Assembly (NCBI GenBank): GCA_964578025.1
Contig: CAZOBT010000001.1
Span: 1 to 35,656, forward strand
DNA length: 35,656 nucleotides
Source of the DNA: an uncultured Rhodocyclaceae bacterium
Lineage (GTDB): Bacteria; Pseudomonadota; Gammaproteobacteria; Burkholderiales; Rhodocyclaceae
Reading direction: 5' to 3'
Numbering within the stretch: position 1 is the first letter of the stretch; each line of letters begins with the position of its first letter. Shown here one piece after another: positions 1 to 9,083 of this stretch. The position numbers and the translations under genes were made by a program. Under the pieces are notes generated by a model, which was given only the letters and a program-made list of their open reading frames with translations, was not told the DNA's origin and ran no database searches.

Positions 1-1
1 A

Positions 2-283
2 GGGCAAGTGCTAAGTTTGACCTTAGAAGGAATTCGTTATTTGGCGCAAGGTCGTTCTAGTGCGATTATCAATGGTGAACTGGTGTATGTCGGTAGTTTA
101 GTGGGGGAATATGTAGTCTTAGGGATTCGCCCTAATGAAGTCCAAGTACGGAAGGAACAAACGGTGGAAGTATTAAAACTTTCTTCCATCGAAAAAGCAT
201 TTGTTAAGTCAGAAAACAACACAGAGAAAACAACCCGGCAGTCACGTAAGACTAAGCAAGTTGTGCATAAGGTACAAAGATGA
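2..283 (+). CDS. mshK: MshK-like MSHA pilus biogenesis protein, probably 5'-truncated by the window edge
   Basis: The frame is open back to position 2. The stop TGA 281-283 overlaps the ATG of the downstream secretin gene (ATGA). The position directly upstream of mshL matches MSHA operons. No diagnostic motif was seen, so the call rests on synteny. Confidence 0.45.
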   Translation, partial: GQVLSLTLEGIRYLAQGRSSAIINGELVYVGSLVGEYVVLGIRPNEVQVRKEQTVEVLKLSSIEKAFVKSENNTEKTTRQSRKTKQVVHKVQR

Positions 284-2106
284 AGCTAGATGCAAAAAAG
301 GTGATGCAATACTGGATGTATTGGCTTCTTAGTGGTGTTTTGCTAGGCATAACGGCGTGTACCACACCAGGGCAGTTGCCATTAGGACAAGTGCATGAGC
401 AAATTGCTCGTGAATTGCAGCTTGCCGTTGCACAAAATCGGGCAGCCCAAAATCAAGACGCAAATAGTAATCCGCTCGCCCAAGCTTTCTTGCCGCCGGT
501 GAGTGGGGTAAGCAGCAAAAAGAAGGAAGAGCTACGTTTTGATTTAGCCGTGAATCAAGCCCCTGCCCAGCAAGTTTTTATGGCACTGGTATCTGATACC
601 AAATACAGCATGTCGGTCTCGCCAGATGTCTCTGGCCTGATTACGGTAAATTTAAAATCGGTCACGGTACGAGAAGCGTTAGAAGCGATCCGTGAAACCT
701 ATGGTTATGAATACACAATTTCTGGTAATCGCATTGTGATTCAACCGAATACCTTCCAAACCCGGATTTTCCAAATTAACTATCTGGCCTCAAAACGCTT
801 GGGGACAAGTGATTTGAGCGTGTCGTCCTCTGGTTCAAGTAGTAGTTCGAGTAGCAGTGGTAGCTCCAGTAGTAGTTCAGGCAGCAGTTCTAGTTCATCA
901 GGGTCAAGTAGTAGTTCAAGTGGTGGCTCCAGTGGTAGCAGCGGTGCAAGCAGTTCAGGTTCAGCTTCAACACGGGTACAAACAAGCTACGAGGCTGATT
1001 TCTGGAAAACGCTAGAAACAGCGTTAATGGCGATCGTGATGAATTCAAGCTCGGGCAGTAGCATTGGTGTAGGCAGTGTTCCTGCCAGTAACGCAAGTTC
1101 AGCAGGCGTAACAAGTAGCTCAGGAAGCGCATCCAGTGCCAGCTCCCCTCCAAGTCAGAATACATCGCCAGCAAGCAATAACGGCGGAACACCAAGTGTG
1201 ATTGTGAGCCCGCTTTCAGGCGTTGTACTGATACGTGCCGCTCCGAAGGAAATGCGCTTAGTCACCCAATATTTAGAGAAGACGCAACTGGTGATAGAGC
1301 GACAAGTTATGCTGGAAGCCAAGATTCTTGAGGTCTCTTTAAGCCAAGCGTATCAGTCAGGAATTAACTGGAGCAAATTGGATACAACGGGAACGAATAC
1401 TTCCGGTGTACGCTTGTTTGGAGAAGCCTTTGTCAACCCGTCTTTTGAGCAAGGATTTTTTGGTTTGGCGTTAGGGCGTAAGCAATTTCAAGGAGTCATT
1501 CAGCTCTTGGAAACACAGGGTAATGTTTCCGTCCTCTCAAGCCCACGTATTGCCACATTGAATAATCAGAAGGCGGTATTAAAAGTCGGTACGGATGAGG
1601 TCTTTATTACGGGATTTAGTATGTCATCAACCGTAACGGCTAATGCCGCCGCCGCTGTACCAACAGCAACAACATCTACCCTTTTTTCTGGAATTCTGCT
1701 GGATGTGATGCCACAGATTGATGATGATGACAATATTATTTTGCATATTCATCCTTCTGTCAGCCGCGTTACCGAAAAGGTCAAGAATTTTACCTTAGGG
1801 ACAAACTATGTCATTAGCTTGCCTTTGGCCTCACGCAATGTGAACGAAGCCGATAGTATGGTGCGTACTCGCAGTGGCGATATTGTGGCAATTGGTGGTT
1901 TGATGAGCCAAAATTCCAATGCAGATCGCCAAGGTGTTCCAGGGTCATTAGACCAACCATTCAGTGCGTTACTTGGGCAACGTACTAGTTCAATGGGCAA
2001 AACAGAACTGGTGATTCTTTTAAAGTCGACGATTATCTCTGGCAGTAAAACTTGGGTGCAAGACACTGAAGAGACAGAAGAGCGAGTCCGGCGCATTAAC
2101 AAGTAA
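280..2106 (+). CDS. mshL: MSHA pilus secretin lipoprotein MshL with two Ser-rich low-complexity inserts
   Basis: 608 aa. N-terminal signal sequence with lipobox LLGITAC. C-terminal secretin-domain stretch VLSSPRIATLNNQKAVLKVGTDEVF ... GGLM ... GVPG ... ELVILLK. Operon context is mshK-L-M-N-E-G. Confidence 0.85.
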   Translation: MKLDAKKVMQYWMYWLLSGVLLGITACTTPGQLPLGQVHEQIARELQLAVAQNRAAQNQDANSNPLAQAFLPPVSGVSSKKKEELRFDLAVNQAPAQQVFMALVSDTKYSMSVSPDVSGLITVNLKSVTVREALEAIRETYGYEYTISGNRIVIQPNTFQTRIFQINYLASKRLGTSDLSVSSSGSSSSSSSSGSSSSSSGSSSSSSGSSSSSSGGSSGSSGASSSGSASTRVQTSYEADFWKTLETALMAIVMNSSSGSSIGVGSVPASNASSAGVTSSSGSASSASSPPSQNTSPASNNGGTPSVIVSPLSGVVLIRAAPKEMRLVTQYLEKTQLVIERQVMLEAKILEVSLSQAYQSGINWSKLDTTGTNTSGVRLFGEAFVNPSFEQGFFGLALGRKQFQGVIQLLETQGNVSVLSSPRIATLNNQKAVLKVGTDEVFITGFSMSSTVTANAAAAVPTATTSTLFSGILLDVMPQIDDDDNIILHIHPSVSRVTEKVKNFTLGTNYVISLPLASRNVNEADSMVRTRSGDIVAIGGLMSQNSNADRQGVPGSLDQPFSALLGQRTSSMGKTELVILLKSTIISGSKTWVQDTEETEERVRRINK

Positions 2107-2142
2107 GATGGGGAAAACACAACAAGTACAAGGGGTGAACAG

Positions 2143-2976
2143 GTGTACCTAGAGCACTATGGCTTAAGCGAATATCCCTTCATGATTACACCGGATAGCC
2201 AAGCAATTTTTGTGAGCCGGGCATATCAAGGGGCTTTGAATACCCTACTGCTGGCTTTGGAAGGGGGCGAAGGCTTTGTCAAAGTGACTGGGGAGGTTGG
2301 CACAGGGAAGAGCTTGTTATGTCGGCGGCTGTTGCGAATCTTGCCTGATAGTGTTGTCACCGCGTATTTTCCCAACCCAATTTTGTCGCCAAAAACTTTG
2401 CTCAAAGCCTTAACTGAAGAATTGGGTCTTAAGGATTTGTCCGATAAAGACGAGTATCACCTGTTGCAAGACGTGAATAATCATTTGCTCTCGTTAGCAG
2501 CAAGTGGCAAACGCGTGGTGATGTGCTTGGATGAGGCACAAGCCATGCCTTTAGAAACTTTAGAGACGTTACGCTTACTTTCTAATTTAGAAACCGAAAA
2601 ATACAAACTTATCCAAATTGTATTATTTGGTCAGCCAGAGTTGAATGACCGGCTTAGAGATCGCTCTATCCGGCAATTATTACAACGCATCGCTTTCCAT
2701 GCCGAATTAGACCCATTGTGCCAAGAAGAGTTAGGTTTTTACCTAAATCATCGGATGCGTGTCGCTGGTTATCAAGGTGAGGATTTGTTTAATTCCAAAG
2801 TCATACGCGCTTTGTATCGTGCGAGTGGTGGCATTCCAAGGCTAGTAAATATTCTGACCCATAAATCGTTATTGTCTGCATTTAGCCGTGGCAAACGTAT
2901 TGTTAACTTTGATGACGTTCGCAATGCAGCCGCTGATACAGAAGGGGCATGTAATGTGCCATGGTGGTCTTTATGA
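2143..2976 (+). CDS. mshM: ExeA-like AAA ATPase MshM
   Basis: 277 aa with a GTG start after a GGGG RBS. Walker A GEVGTGKS and Walker B-like VVMCLDEAQ. Lies directly after the secretin gene, as in MSHA loci. Confidence 0.8.
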   Translation: MYLEHYGLSEYPFMITPDSQAIFVSRAYQGALNTLLLALEGGEGFVKVTGEVGTGKSLLCRRLLRILPDSVVTAYFPNPILSPKTLLKALTEELGLKDLSDKDEYHLLQDVNNHLLSLAASGKRVVMCLDEAQAMPLETLETLRLLSNLETEKYKLIQIVLFGQPELNDRLRDRSIRQLLQRIAFHAELDPLCQEELGFYLNHRMRVAGYQGEDLFNSKVIRALYRASGGIPRLVNILTHKSLLSAFSRGKRIVNFDDVRNAAADTEGACNVPWWSL

Positions 2977-4286
2977 GCTTGATTAATGATGTTCTGAAAA
3001 ATATTGATGCCCGCCAAGCCGGGGAGTTATCCCGCTTGAAACTGAATGCTGACGTGCACCCAGTACCTGAGATCAAACGCAAACCCAAGAAACTCTTGAT
3101 CGGCGGCATTGCTGCGGCTGTCCTAGCCATGCTTGGTGGTGCTGGGTTTTGGTGGTGGCAAACTCAGGGCAATATGCTGGGCGAGACAACACCAACCCCT
3201 CCAGCGATTGCTGCGGCTACCTTGCCACCGGCGACTCCCGTTCCTGCGGCTATTCCTGCGACTGAGCAAACCGGGATCAGCACTGTGAATACAAGCAATG
3301 CACCCGTGCCCCCTAACACGCCGCCAAGTCTACCTAATCCACCTAACCCGCCGAGTACTACCGCTGCTACCAGTGCTGTGGCGACCAACTCCATTCCTAA
3401 CCAAACCAAGCCAGCGAATCAGGACAATAAATCTGCCGGAGAAAAGGTAGAAAAAGCTGAAAAGGCAGAAAAAGCCGCCAAGCCGATGGCGGCAAGCAAA
3501 ACCGAGAAGGCGGAAAAGCCTAAACCCCCAGAAGAAAAAAGTAGTGCCACCCCGGAAGTCAATGGCTCTGCGCTACCGCCTCTGAGCACCGGCAACTCCG
3601 TAGAACGTGAAAAATCCGCGACTAAAACCGCCGGGAAATCTACTGCTGCACCAACAGCCAATGCGGTAAGCCCCCATGCGCACTCTAGTAATGCAGGGGC
3701 AGGCAGTATTTCAATTACCCCAAGTGTGCAAGATGCAAATAGCTTATATAAACAGGGGCAAAGCCAAATTAACGCACGGCGTTTTGAGGAAGGCATTGCC
3801 CAACTCCGCCAAGCCTTACAACAAGACCCAAAACATGTTGCCGCCCGACAACTGCTTTTTCAAACCCTGTTGAATGACTTGGCTCGATCCAATGATGCCC
3901 TAAAGATATTGCAAGAAGGTTTGGAGTTCTATCCACAAAATGCCAACTGGGCTAGCTCGGTGGCACGCTTGCAAGTCGACAAAAACGACTGGCATGGAGC
4001 GCAGGAAGTGCTGGCGAAAGCCTATGGTAGTGGTAACAATAATCCGGCCTATGTTGGCTTTTATGCCCATGTCCAACGTCATCTTGGCAAATCGCAAGAG
4101 GCTGTTGCCTTGTTTACCCAGGCGACTCGTCTTGCTCCCAATGAGGGACGTTGGTGGGTGGGTTTAGCGGATGCCTTAGAGGCAAGTGGGCGCAATGCTG
4201 AAGCTAAACAAGCGTATCGCAGTGCCTTAGAAACCGGAAATTTAAGTGCAGATTTAACGGCACTTGCCGAACGTAAAGCGCGTTAA
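2973..4286 (+). CDS. mshN: TPR-repeat pilus biogenesis protein MshN
   Basis: The ORF is open from 2961. The preferred start is ATG 2973 (MSLINDVLKNID...), which overlaps the mshM stop as ATGA. One TM segment, a long Pro/Ala/Lys-rich linker (KAEKAEKAEKAAK) and C-terminal TPR-like repeats. Confidence 0.7.
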   Translation: MSLINDVLKNIDARQAGELSRLKLNADVHPVPEIKRKPKKLLIGGIAAAVLAMLGGAGFWWWQTQGNMLGETTPTPPAIAAATLPPATPVPAAIPATEQTGISTVNTSNAPVPPNTPPSLPNPPNPPSTTAATSAVATNSIPNQTKPANQDNKSAGEKVEKAEKAEKAAKPMAASKTEKAEKPKPPEEKSSATPEVNGSALPPLSTGNSVEREKSATKTAGKSTAAPTANAVSPHAHSSNAGAGSISITPSVQDANSLYKQGQSQINARRFEEGIAQLRQALQQDPKHVAARQLLFQTLLNDLARSNDALKILQEGLEFYPQNANWASSVARLQVDKNDWHGAQEVLAKAYGSGNNNPAYVGFYAHVQRHLGKSQEAVALFTQATRLAPNEGRWWVGLADALEASGRNAEAKQAYRSALETGNLSADLTALAERKAR

Positions 4287-4333
4287 GCGTATTTGTCTAA
4301 GCTGTCTAAGTCGATCAAGAAAGTAGATGTTTT

Positions 4334-6037
4334 ATGCCGCCACCACCCAAAGTCCGACTTGGTGATCTCTTAATCCAACGTGGTTTATTAACCGAAAATC
4401 AGTTACTGCATGCCCTTGATGAACAGAAAAAAAGTGGGCAACGCTTAGGTCGTATCTTTGTTGATCTTGGCTATGTGAGTGAAGACGATATTGCTTTTTC
4501 CTTGGCTCAACAGTTACGCATTACCTATGTCAACTTACGCCAATTTGCCCCACGTCCAGAATTAACCCGGCTTTTACCCGAAGTGCAAGCCCGCCGTTTT
4601 CGGGCGATGGTGTTGGATGAACTGCCCGATGGGCGTTTACAAGTTGGCTTGGCTGATCCAACTGACCTACAAGCCTATGACGATATTTCGCGGGTAGTCC
4701 GGCGTGAAATTGACATTGCCGTTGTTGCTGAAGGCATGTTGATGTCTTTGATGGATCGGGTGTACCACAAAGGCGAAGAAATTACAGGTTTGGCACGCGA
4801 ACTCACCGCCGAATTAAGCGATGGTGGCGATTTAAGCCAAATGTTTGGCACAGCTTCTGCCGATGACGTACCCGTTGCCAAACTGCTCAATACGGTATTT
4901 GAAGAAGCCATTCGCTTCCGTGCTTCTGACTTACACTTTGAGCCACAAGAAACGACCTTGCGGATTCGTTTTCGTATTGATGGGGCGTTGCATATCCAAA
5001 CCGAAACGGATGTCAAAATTAATTCAGCTTTGGTACTGCGCATGAAGCTGATTTCTGGTTTGGATATTTCGGAAAAACGCTTACCGCAAGACGGTCGCTT
5101 TAACATGAAACTCAGTAATGGTTCGGTCGATGTGCGGATTTCGACCTTGCCAACGCAATATGGCGAATCGGTGGTAATGCGTTTGCTGAACCAAGGTTCG
5201 ATGGCGTTAGAGTTAGACAAAATTGGGATGCCACCGCGTGTGCTAGATCGCTTGCGTCATGCCCTTAGTCGTCCCAGTGGTTTGGTGTTGGTGACTGGGC
5301 CAACAGGCTCAGGGAAAACTACCACGCTGTATTCGGCTTTAAATGACTTGAACAGCCCAGATGCGAAGGTGATTACGGTTGAAGACCCAGTGGAATACCG
5401 TTTGCCAGGTCTGAATCAAGTACAGATTAACGACAAAATCGGTCTAACTTTTGCGCGGGTGTTGCGTACTGTTTTGCGGCAAGACCCGGATGTGGTGCTC
5501 GTTGGGGAAATGCGTGATCAGGAAACGGCTGAAATTGGGATGCGGGCGGCAATGACAGGGCACTTGGTGTTATCCACCCTGCACACCAATGACGCAATGA
5601 CTACCCCAATTCGTTTGCTTGATATGGGCGTACCCAAATTTATGGTGGCTTTGTCCGTGGTCATGGTGTTGGCGCAACGTTTAGTCCGGGTAATTTGTCG
5701 TACCTGTAAAGAACAATACGAACTGCCTAAAGTTGAGCGTGAATGGTTGCGTTATGAACTGGGCGATCATGTTGACCAATACACGTTCTATCATGGTAAA
5801 GGCTGTCCCGAATGTAACCAAACAGGCTACAAAGGACGTACCGGGGTATATGAATTCTTGGAAATGTCGGATGAGTTGGTGGATGCCGCGAATAGTGATG
5901 ACCACACGCTCTTTCTTTCGGCAGCGAAAAAACAAATGGCAGGGGAAACCTTGCGTCGAGATGCCGTGCGTTTAGCCATTTCCGGGAAAACGACAGTTTC
6001 TGAAGCCATGAAGATTAGTAATCAGTACGAAGGCTAA
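4334..6037 (+). CDS. mshE: MSHA pilus extension ATPase MshE (GspE/PilB family) with N-terminal MshEN c-di-GMP-binding domain
   Basis: 567 aa. Two tandem 24-residue MshEN motifs at residues 8-31 and 37-60. Walker A GPTGSGKTT. Tetracysteine CRTC...CPEC typical of GspE-type ATPases. Confidence 0.92.
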   Translation: MPPPPKVRLGDLLIQRGLLTENQLLHALDEQKKSGQRLGRIFVDLGYVSEDDIAFSLAQQLRITYVNLRQFAPRPELTRLLPEVQARRFRAMVLDELPDGRLQVGLADPTDLQAYDDISRVVRREIDIAVVAEGMLMSLMDRVYHKGEEITGLARELTAELSDGGDLSQMFGTASADDVPVAKLLNTVFEEAIRFRASDLHFEPQETTLRIRFRIDGALHIQTETDVKINSALVLRMKLISGLDISEKRLPQDGRFNMKLSNGSVDVRISTLPTQYGESVVMRLLNQGSMALELDKIGMPPRVLDRLRHALSRPSGLVLVTGPTGSGKTTTLYSALNDLNSPDAKVITVEDPVEYRLPGLNQVQINDKIGLTFARVLRTVLRQDPDVVLVGEMRDQETAEIGMRAAMTGHLVLSTLHTNDAMTTPIRLLDMGVPKFMVALSVVMVLAQRLVRVICRTCKEQYELPKVEREWLRYELGDHVDQYTFYHGKGCPECNQTGYKGRTGVYEFLEMSDELVDAANSDDHTLFLSAAKKQMAGETLRRDAVRLAISGKTTVSEAMKISNQYEG

Positions 6038-6046
6038 GCCAATCCC

Positions 6047-7321
6047 ATGCCCAGTTTTAGCTATAAAGGTCGCGCCGTTGACGGTAAAGCGGTACAAGGT
6101 ACATTAGAAGCCCAAGATCAGCGCGATGCGGCAACACAATTGCGTAACCGAGGCATTACGCCATTACAAATTGTGGCAGGTAAAGGTGGGGCGGCAAAAG
6201 CTGGAGCAAAAGGGAAAGCACAAGGTGAGGGCGGGCTGAAAGGGCTAGCATCTATGGATGTTGGTGCATTTTTTCAACCTCCGGTTAAACCCACTGATTT
6301 ACTTTTGTTTACTCGGCAAATCGCCACCTTGCTCAAAGCGGGCGTACCAATCATGCGCGCGCTCTCTGGCTTGCAAGAGTCCACACAGAATCCAACAATG
6401 AAGTCCTTGTTACAAGACATTCGCGAGAAGCTTGATTCGGGGCGTGAACTTTCATCGGCAATGTCAGCACATACCAAAGTCTTTGAACCGTTTTATCTCA
6501 ACATGATTCGTGTTGGCGAACTGACGGGGCAGCTTGATGAAATTTTCCGCCGCTTGTTTACCCACCTTGAATTTGAACAATTTATGCGTGAGCAGGTGAA
6601 ATCAGCCTTGCGCTACCCTTCATTTGTTATTTTGGCGATGCTGATTGCGATTGTGATTTTGAATGCCTATGTAATTCCCGCGTTTGCTAAAGTGTTCCAA
6701 GGCTTTGGTGCTGAATTGCCAACGATGACAAAGATATTGCTCGCAAGTTCGAGTTTTACAGTTAATTATTGGCCTTACATGTTAGTGCCTACCATTTTAT
6801 TGATAGGGGCTTTTAAGTATTGGACTTCCACCAAAAGCGGTAAATACACATGGGATTTCATCAAGTTAAAGATTCCCATTGCAGGCAAGATTATTCTGAA
6901 AGCGTCACTTTCGCGCTTCTCGCGTAGCTTTGCCTTGGCCTTACGTAGTGGTGTGCCATTGATCCAAGCTTTGAATAATGTGTCGCAAACCATGGATAAC
7001 GCCTACATGGTGTCGCGTTTAGAGAAGATGCGCGAGACGATTGAGCGGGGTGAAACGCTAATTCGCGCGGCGGCAGGGGCAACAATCTTCACCCCCATCG
7101 TGTTACAAATGATTGCCGTTGGCGAGGAGTCAGGGGCGATTGACGACATGTTGCAGGAAGTCGCAGAAATTTATCAGCGCGAAGTTGAGTATGAACTGAA
7201 AACATTGAGCCAACAGATTGAACCAATTCTAATTACTTTCCTTGGTGCAATGGTTTTGGTGCTTGCGCTAGGTATTTTCTTACCCATGTGGGATTTGGGT
7301 AAGGCCGCAAAAGGTAAGTAA
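6047..7321 (+). CDS. mshG: Type IV pilus platform protein MshG (GspF/PilC family)
   Basis: 424 aa. Duplicated GspF-type domain architecture with three hydrophobic segments. Lies immediately after mshE. Confidence 0.88.
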   Translation: MPSFSYKGRAVDGKAVQGTLEAQDQRDAATQLRNRGITPLQIVAGKGGAAKAGAKGKAQGEGGLKGLASMDVGAFFQPPVKPTDLLLFTRQIATLLKAGVPIMRALSGLQESTQNPTMKSLLQDIREKLDSGRELSSAMSAHTKVFEPFYLNMIRVGELTGQLDEIFRRLFTHLEFEQFMREQVKSALRYPSFVILAMLIAIVILNAYVIPAFAKVFQGFGAELPTMTKILLASSSFTVNYWPYMLVPTILLIGAFKYWTSTKSGKYTWDFIKLKIPIAGKIILKASLSRFSRSFALALRSGVPLIQALNNVSQTMDNAYMVSRLEKMRETIERGETLIRAAAGATIFTPIVLQMIAVGEESGAIDDMLQEVAEIYQREVEYELKTLSQQIEPILITFLGAMVLVLALGIFLPMWDLGKAAKGK

Positions 7322-7549
7322 TTTTTCACACTTTCTTAAGTCAAGAGTTGGTAAGCAAAAACAGTTACTTTCTGCGCACAAATGTAAGAATAGTTATAGA
7401 TTAGGCAAAGACGCTTTTCTTAATAAATTTTCTGATTACAATGGCCGCAAGTGGAAATTATCAGTGATGCAGAAAATTGAATAATTTCTATATATGTAGT
7501 CTTTAAGCAAAATTGTTCGTTTTTATTATTTCCTCCAAAGGAGTTCAAC
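7322..7549 (+). promoter_or_regulatory. AT-rich intergenic region presumed to hold the major-pilin promoter; RBS AAAGGAG lies about 7 nt before the ATG
   Basis: This 228-bp noncoding gap is the only large gap inside the msh cluster. It has a strong Shine-Dalgarno at about 7537-7543. I could not pin down convincing -35/-10 or sigma-54 GG-N10-GC elements. Confidence 0.3.
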
Positions 7550-8005
7550 ATGAAAAGCAATCGTGGTTTTACCTTGATCGAATTAGTTGTTGTTATCGTT
7601 ATTCTTGGCATCCTCGCTGCCACCGCTCTGCCTAAGTTCGTTGACTTGGGTCAAGATGCTCGCGTTGCTGCCATGAAAGGACTACAAGGCTCTATGCAGG
7701 CAGCAAACACCATTATTTATGCTAAAGCCTCAGTCCAAGCAACTCCAGCATTAGGTGAGGATACGAGCGTGCCAGTTAACGGTGTTAATATCAAAACGGC
7801 TTATGGTTATGCTAAAAATATTGAAGAGCTGAAAAAAGTGCTGGACACTTCTGCTGACTTTGAATTTGACACTACCAATAACAAAGTCAACCATAAGAAT
7901 GCTCCTGATAAAACCAAGTGCGTAATTAAATATGATCCTGCAACCTCTGCCACGGTAGCGCCTGTCTATAGCAGCTCAAGCACGGTTCTAACCTGCGGTA
8001 GCTAA
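7550..8005 (+). CDS. mshA: MSHA major pilin (type IV prepilin, N-methylation site G/FTLIE)
   Basis: 151 aa. Short leader MKSNRG followed by FTLIELVVVIVILGILAA. C-terminal Cys pair (KC...TCGS). Has its own promoter gap upstream and a strong terminator downstream. Confidence 0.85.
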   Translation: MKSNRGFTLIELVVVIVILGILAATALPKFVDLGQDARVAAMKGLQGSMQAANTIIYAKASVQATPALGEDTSVPVNGVNIKTAYGYAKNIEELKKVLDTSADFEFDTTNNKVNHKNAPDKTKCVIKYDPATSATVAPVYSSSSTVLTCGS

Positions 8006-8035
8006 TCTGGTTAGTCCCTTCGGGATGAGCTGATT

Positions 8036-8605
8036 GTGTTAAACGACTTGTCCCAAACAAAACCCCCGTCTCAAAACGGGGGTTTTTTGTCGTTGATTTT
8101 TTGCAGAGATTTCTGCAAAAACCGGGGGTTTACGCTGATTGAGCTGGCAGTGGTGATTACAGTACTTGGCATCGTATTGGCAATTGGTGTGCCACGTTTG
8201 TTAGAGCGTAGTGATTTTGATGCCATGGCATTCCGTCATGAATTGCGTAGTGCAGTGGCGCATGCTCAGCGCGTGGCGATTGCGTCTCGCCGTTTTGTTT
8301 GTATTGAAACGACAGCGAGTATGGTCAGTTTCACCCAAATTGATATTCCACCTGAAAATACCGGGGCAAGCTTAACGTGTACTACGCCGCTGAATTTGCC
8401 CAAAGGCCGACCTTCTTGCGCAGGTAATCCTGACCATCAGATTTGCCCACCGGGGAATGTGCAAATGAGTAATGTGGTGTTTATCTTTGATGCCGCAGGG
8501 CGACCGATTGCGAGTAACAAACAAGTCTTTACGACACCAATTCATATTGGTATTACTGATCAAGATGATTTGATTATTGAAGCTGAATCAGGTCATGTCC
8601 ATTAA
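8036..8605 (+). CDS. MSHA minor pilin (MshB/MshC-like prepilin); the true start is probably TTG 8087 or 8093
   Basis: Prepilin motif KNRG/FTLIELAVVITVLGIVLA. The maximal ORF (GTG 8036) would read through the terminator hairpin and give a 30-aa leader. In-frame TTG codons at 8087 and 8093 give an 11-13 aa leader. Confidence 0.7.
   Translation: MLNDLSQTKPPSQNGGFLSLIFCRDFCKNRGFTLIELAVVITVLGIVLAIGVPRLLERSDFDAMAFRHELRSAVAHAQRVAIASRRFVCIETTASMVSFTQIDIPPENTGASLTCTTPLNLPKGRPSCAGNPDHQICPPGNVQMSNVVFIFDAAGRPIASNKQVFTTPIHIGITDQDDLIIEAESGHVH
8059..8088 (+). terminator. Rho-independent terminator/attenuator after the major pilin gene
   Basis: The stem AAAACCCCCG (8059-8068) pairs with CGGGGGTTTT (8077-8086). 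The loop is 8 nt and a T6 run follows. Confidence 0.8.
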
Positions 8606-9083
8606 GCCTAAAAGCTCTTATCACGCTTATGCCTACTATCATCGCCAACACGGTGTGTTGTTGATTGAGTTAATCATGGCGATTGTGATTGTCAGTACTG
8701 CCCTACTAGGAATTAGTTCGGTCATTAACCTGACGCTGGAAAAAAGTGCCGATCCACTGGTGGTCAAACAACGAATGTTGATTGCCGATGGCTTAATGGA
8801 AGAAATTTTGAGCAAAGCTTATAACGATCCCGGTGTTGGGCATACAGCGACAGGGCAACGCCAGTATTACGATGATATTAATGATTATTCAGGCTTTCAT
8901 ATGGAAGGGATTCGCAGCATTGATGGCACGCCAATCCCTGAACTTGCCGAATATAACGTTAGTGTCAGTGTGACCCCTGCCACATTACCTAATGGCACAG
9001 TCGCCCGCTTAGTTCGGATTGAGGTTAAGGTCAATCGCTACGATGACTATGTATTAGAAAGTTATCGGACAGCGTATGAGTAA
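8577..9083 (+). CDS. mshD: MSHA minor pilin-like protein MshD-like
   Basis: Degenerate prepilin N-terminus HG/VLLIELIMAIVIVS. The alternative start ATG 8595 overlaps the upstream gene. Assigned by position in the operon. Confidence 0.55.
   Translation: MKLNQVMSIKPKSSYHAYAYYHRQHGVLLIELIMAIVIVSTALLGISSVINLTLEKSADPLVVKQRMLIADGLMEEILSKAYNDPGVGHTATGQRQYYDDINDYSGFHMEGIRSIDGTPIPELAEYNVSVSVTPATLPNGTVARLVRIEVKVNRYDDYVLESYRTAYE

Noticed and set aside
890-1195. 101-aa minus-strand ORF inside mshL
   Set aside because: It is antisense to the Ser-rich repeat region, where low-complexity codon usage removes stops on the opposite strand. There is no independent support.
3164-3796. Minus-strand ORFs of 81 and 125 aa inside mshN
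   Set aside because: They are antisense to the Pro/Ala/Lys low-complexity linker. This is a compositional artefact.
4294-4310. Tandem TGTCTAAG-c-TGTCTAAG between mshN and mshE
   Set aside because: Two copies of an 8-mer in a 47-bp spacer is a possible but unsupported regulatory site. Nothing else supports a function.
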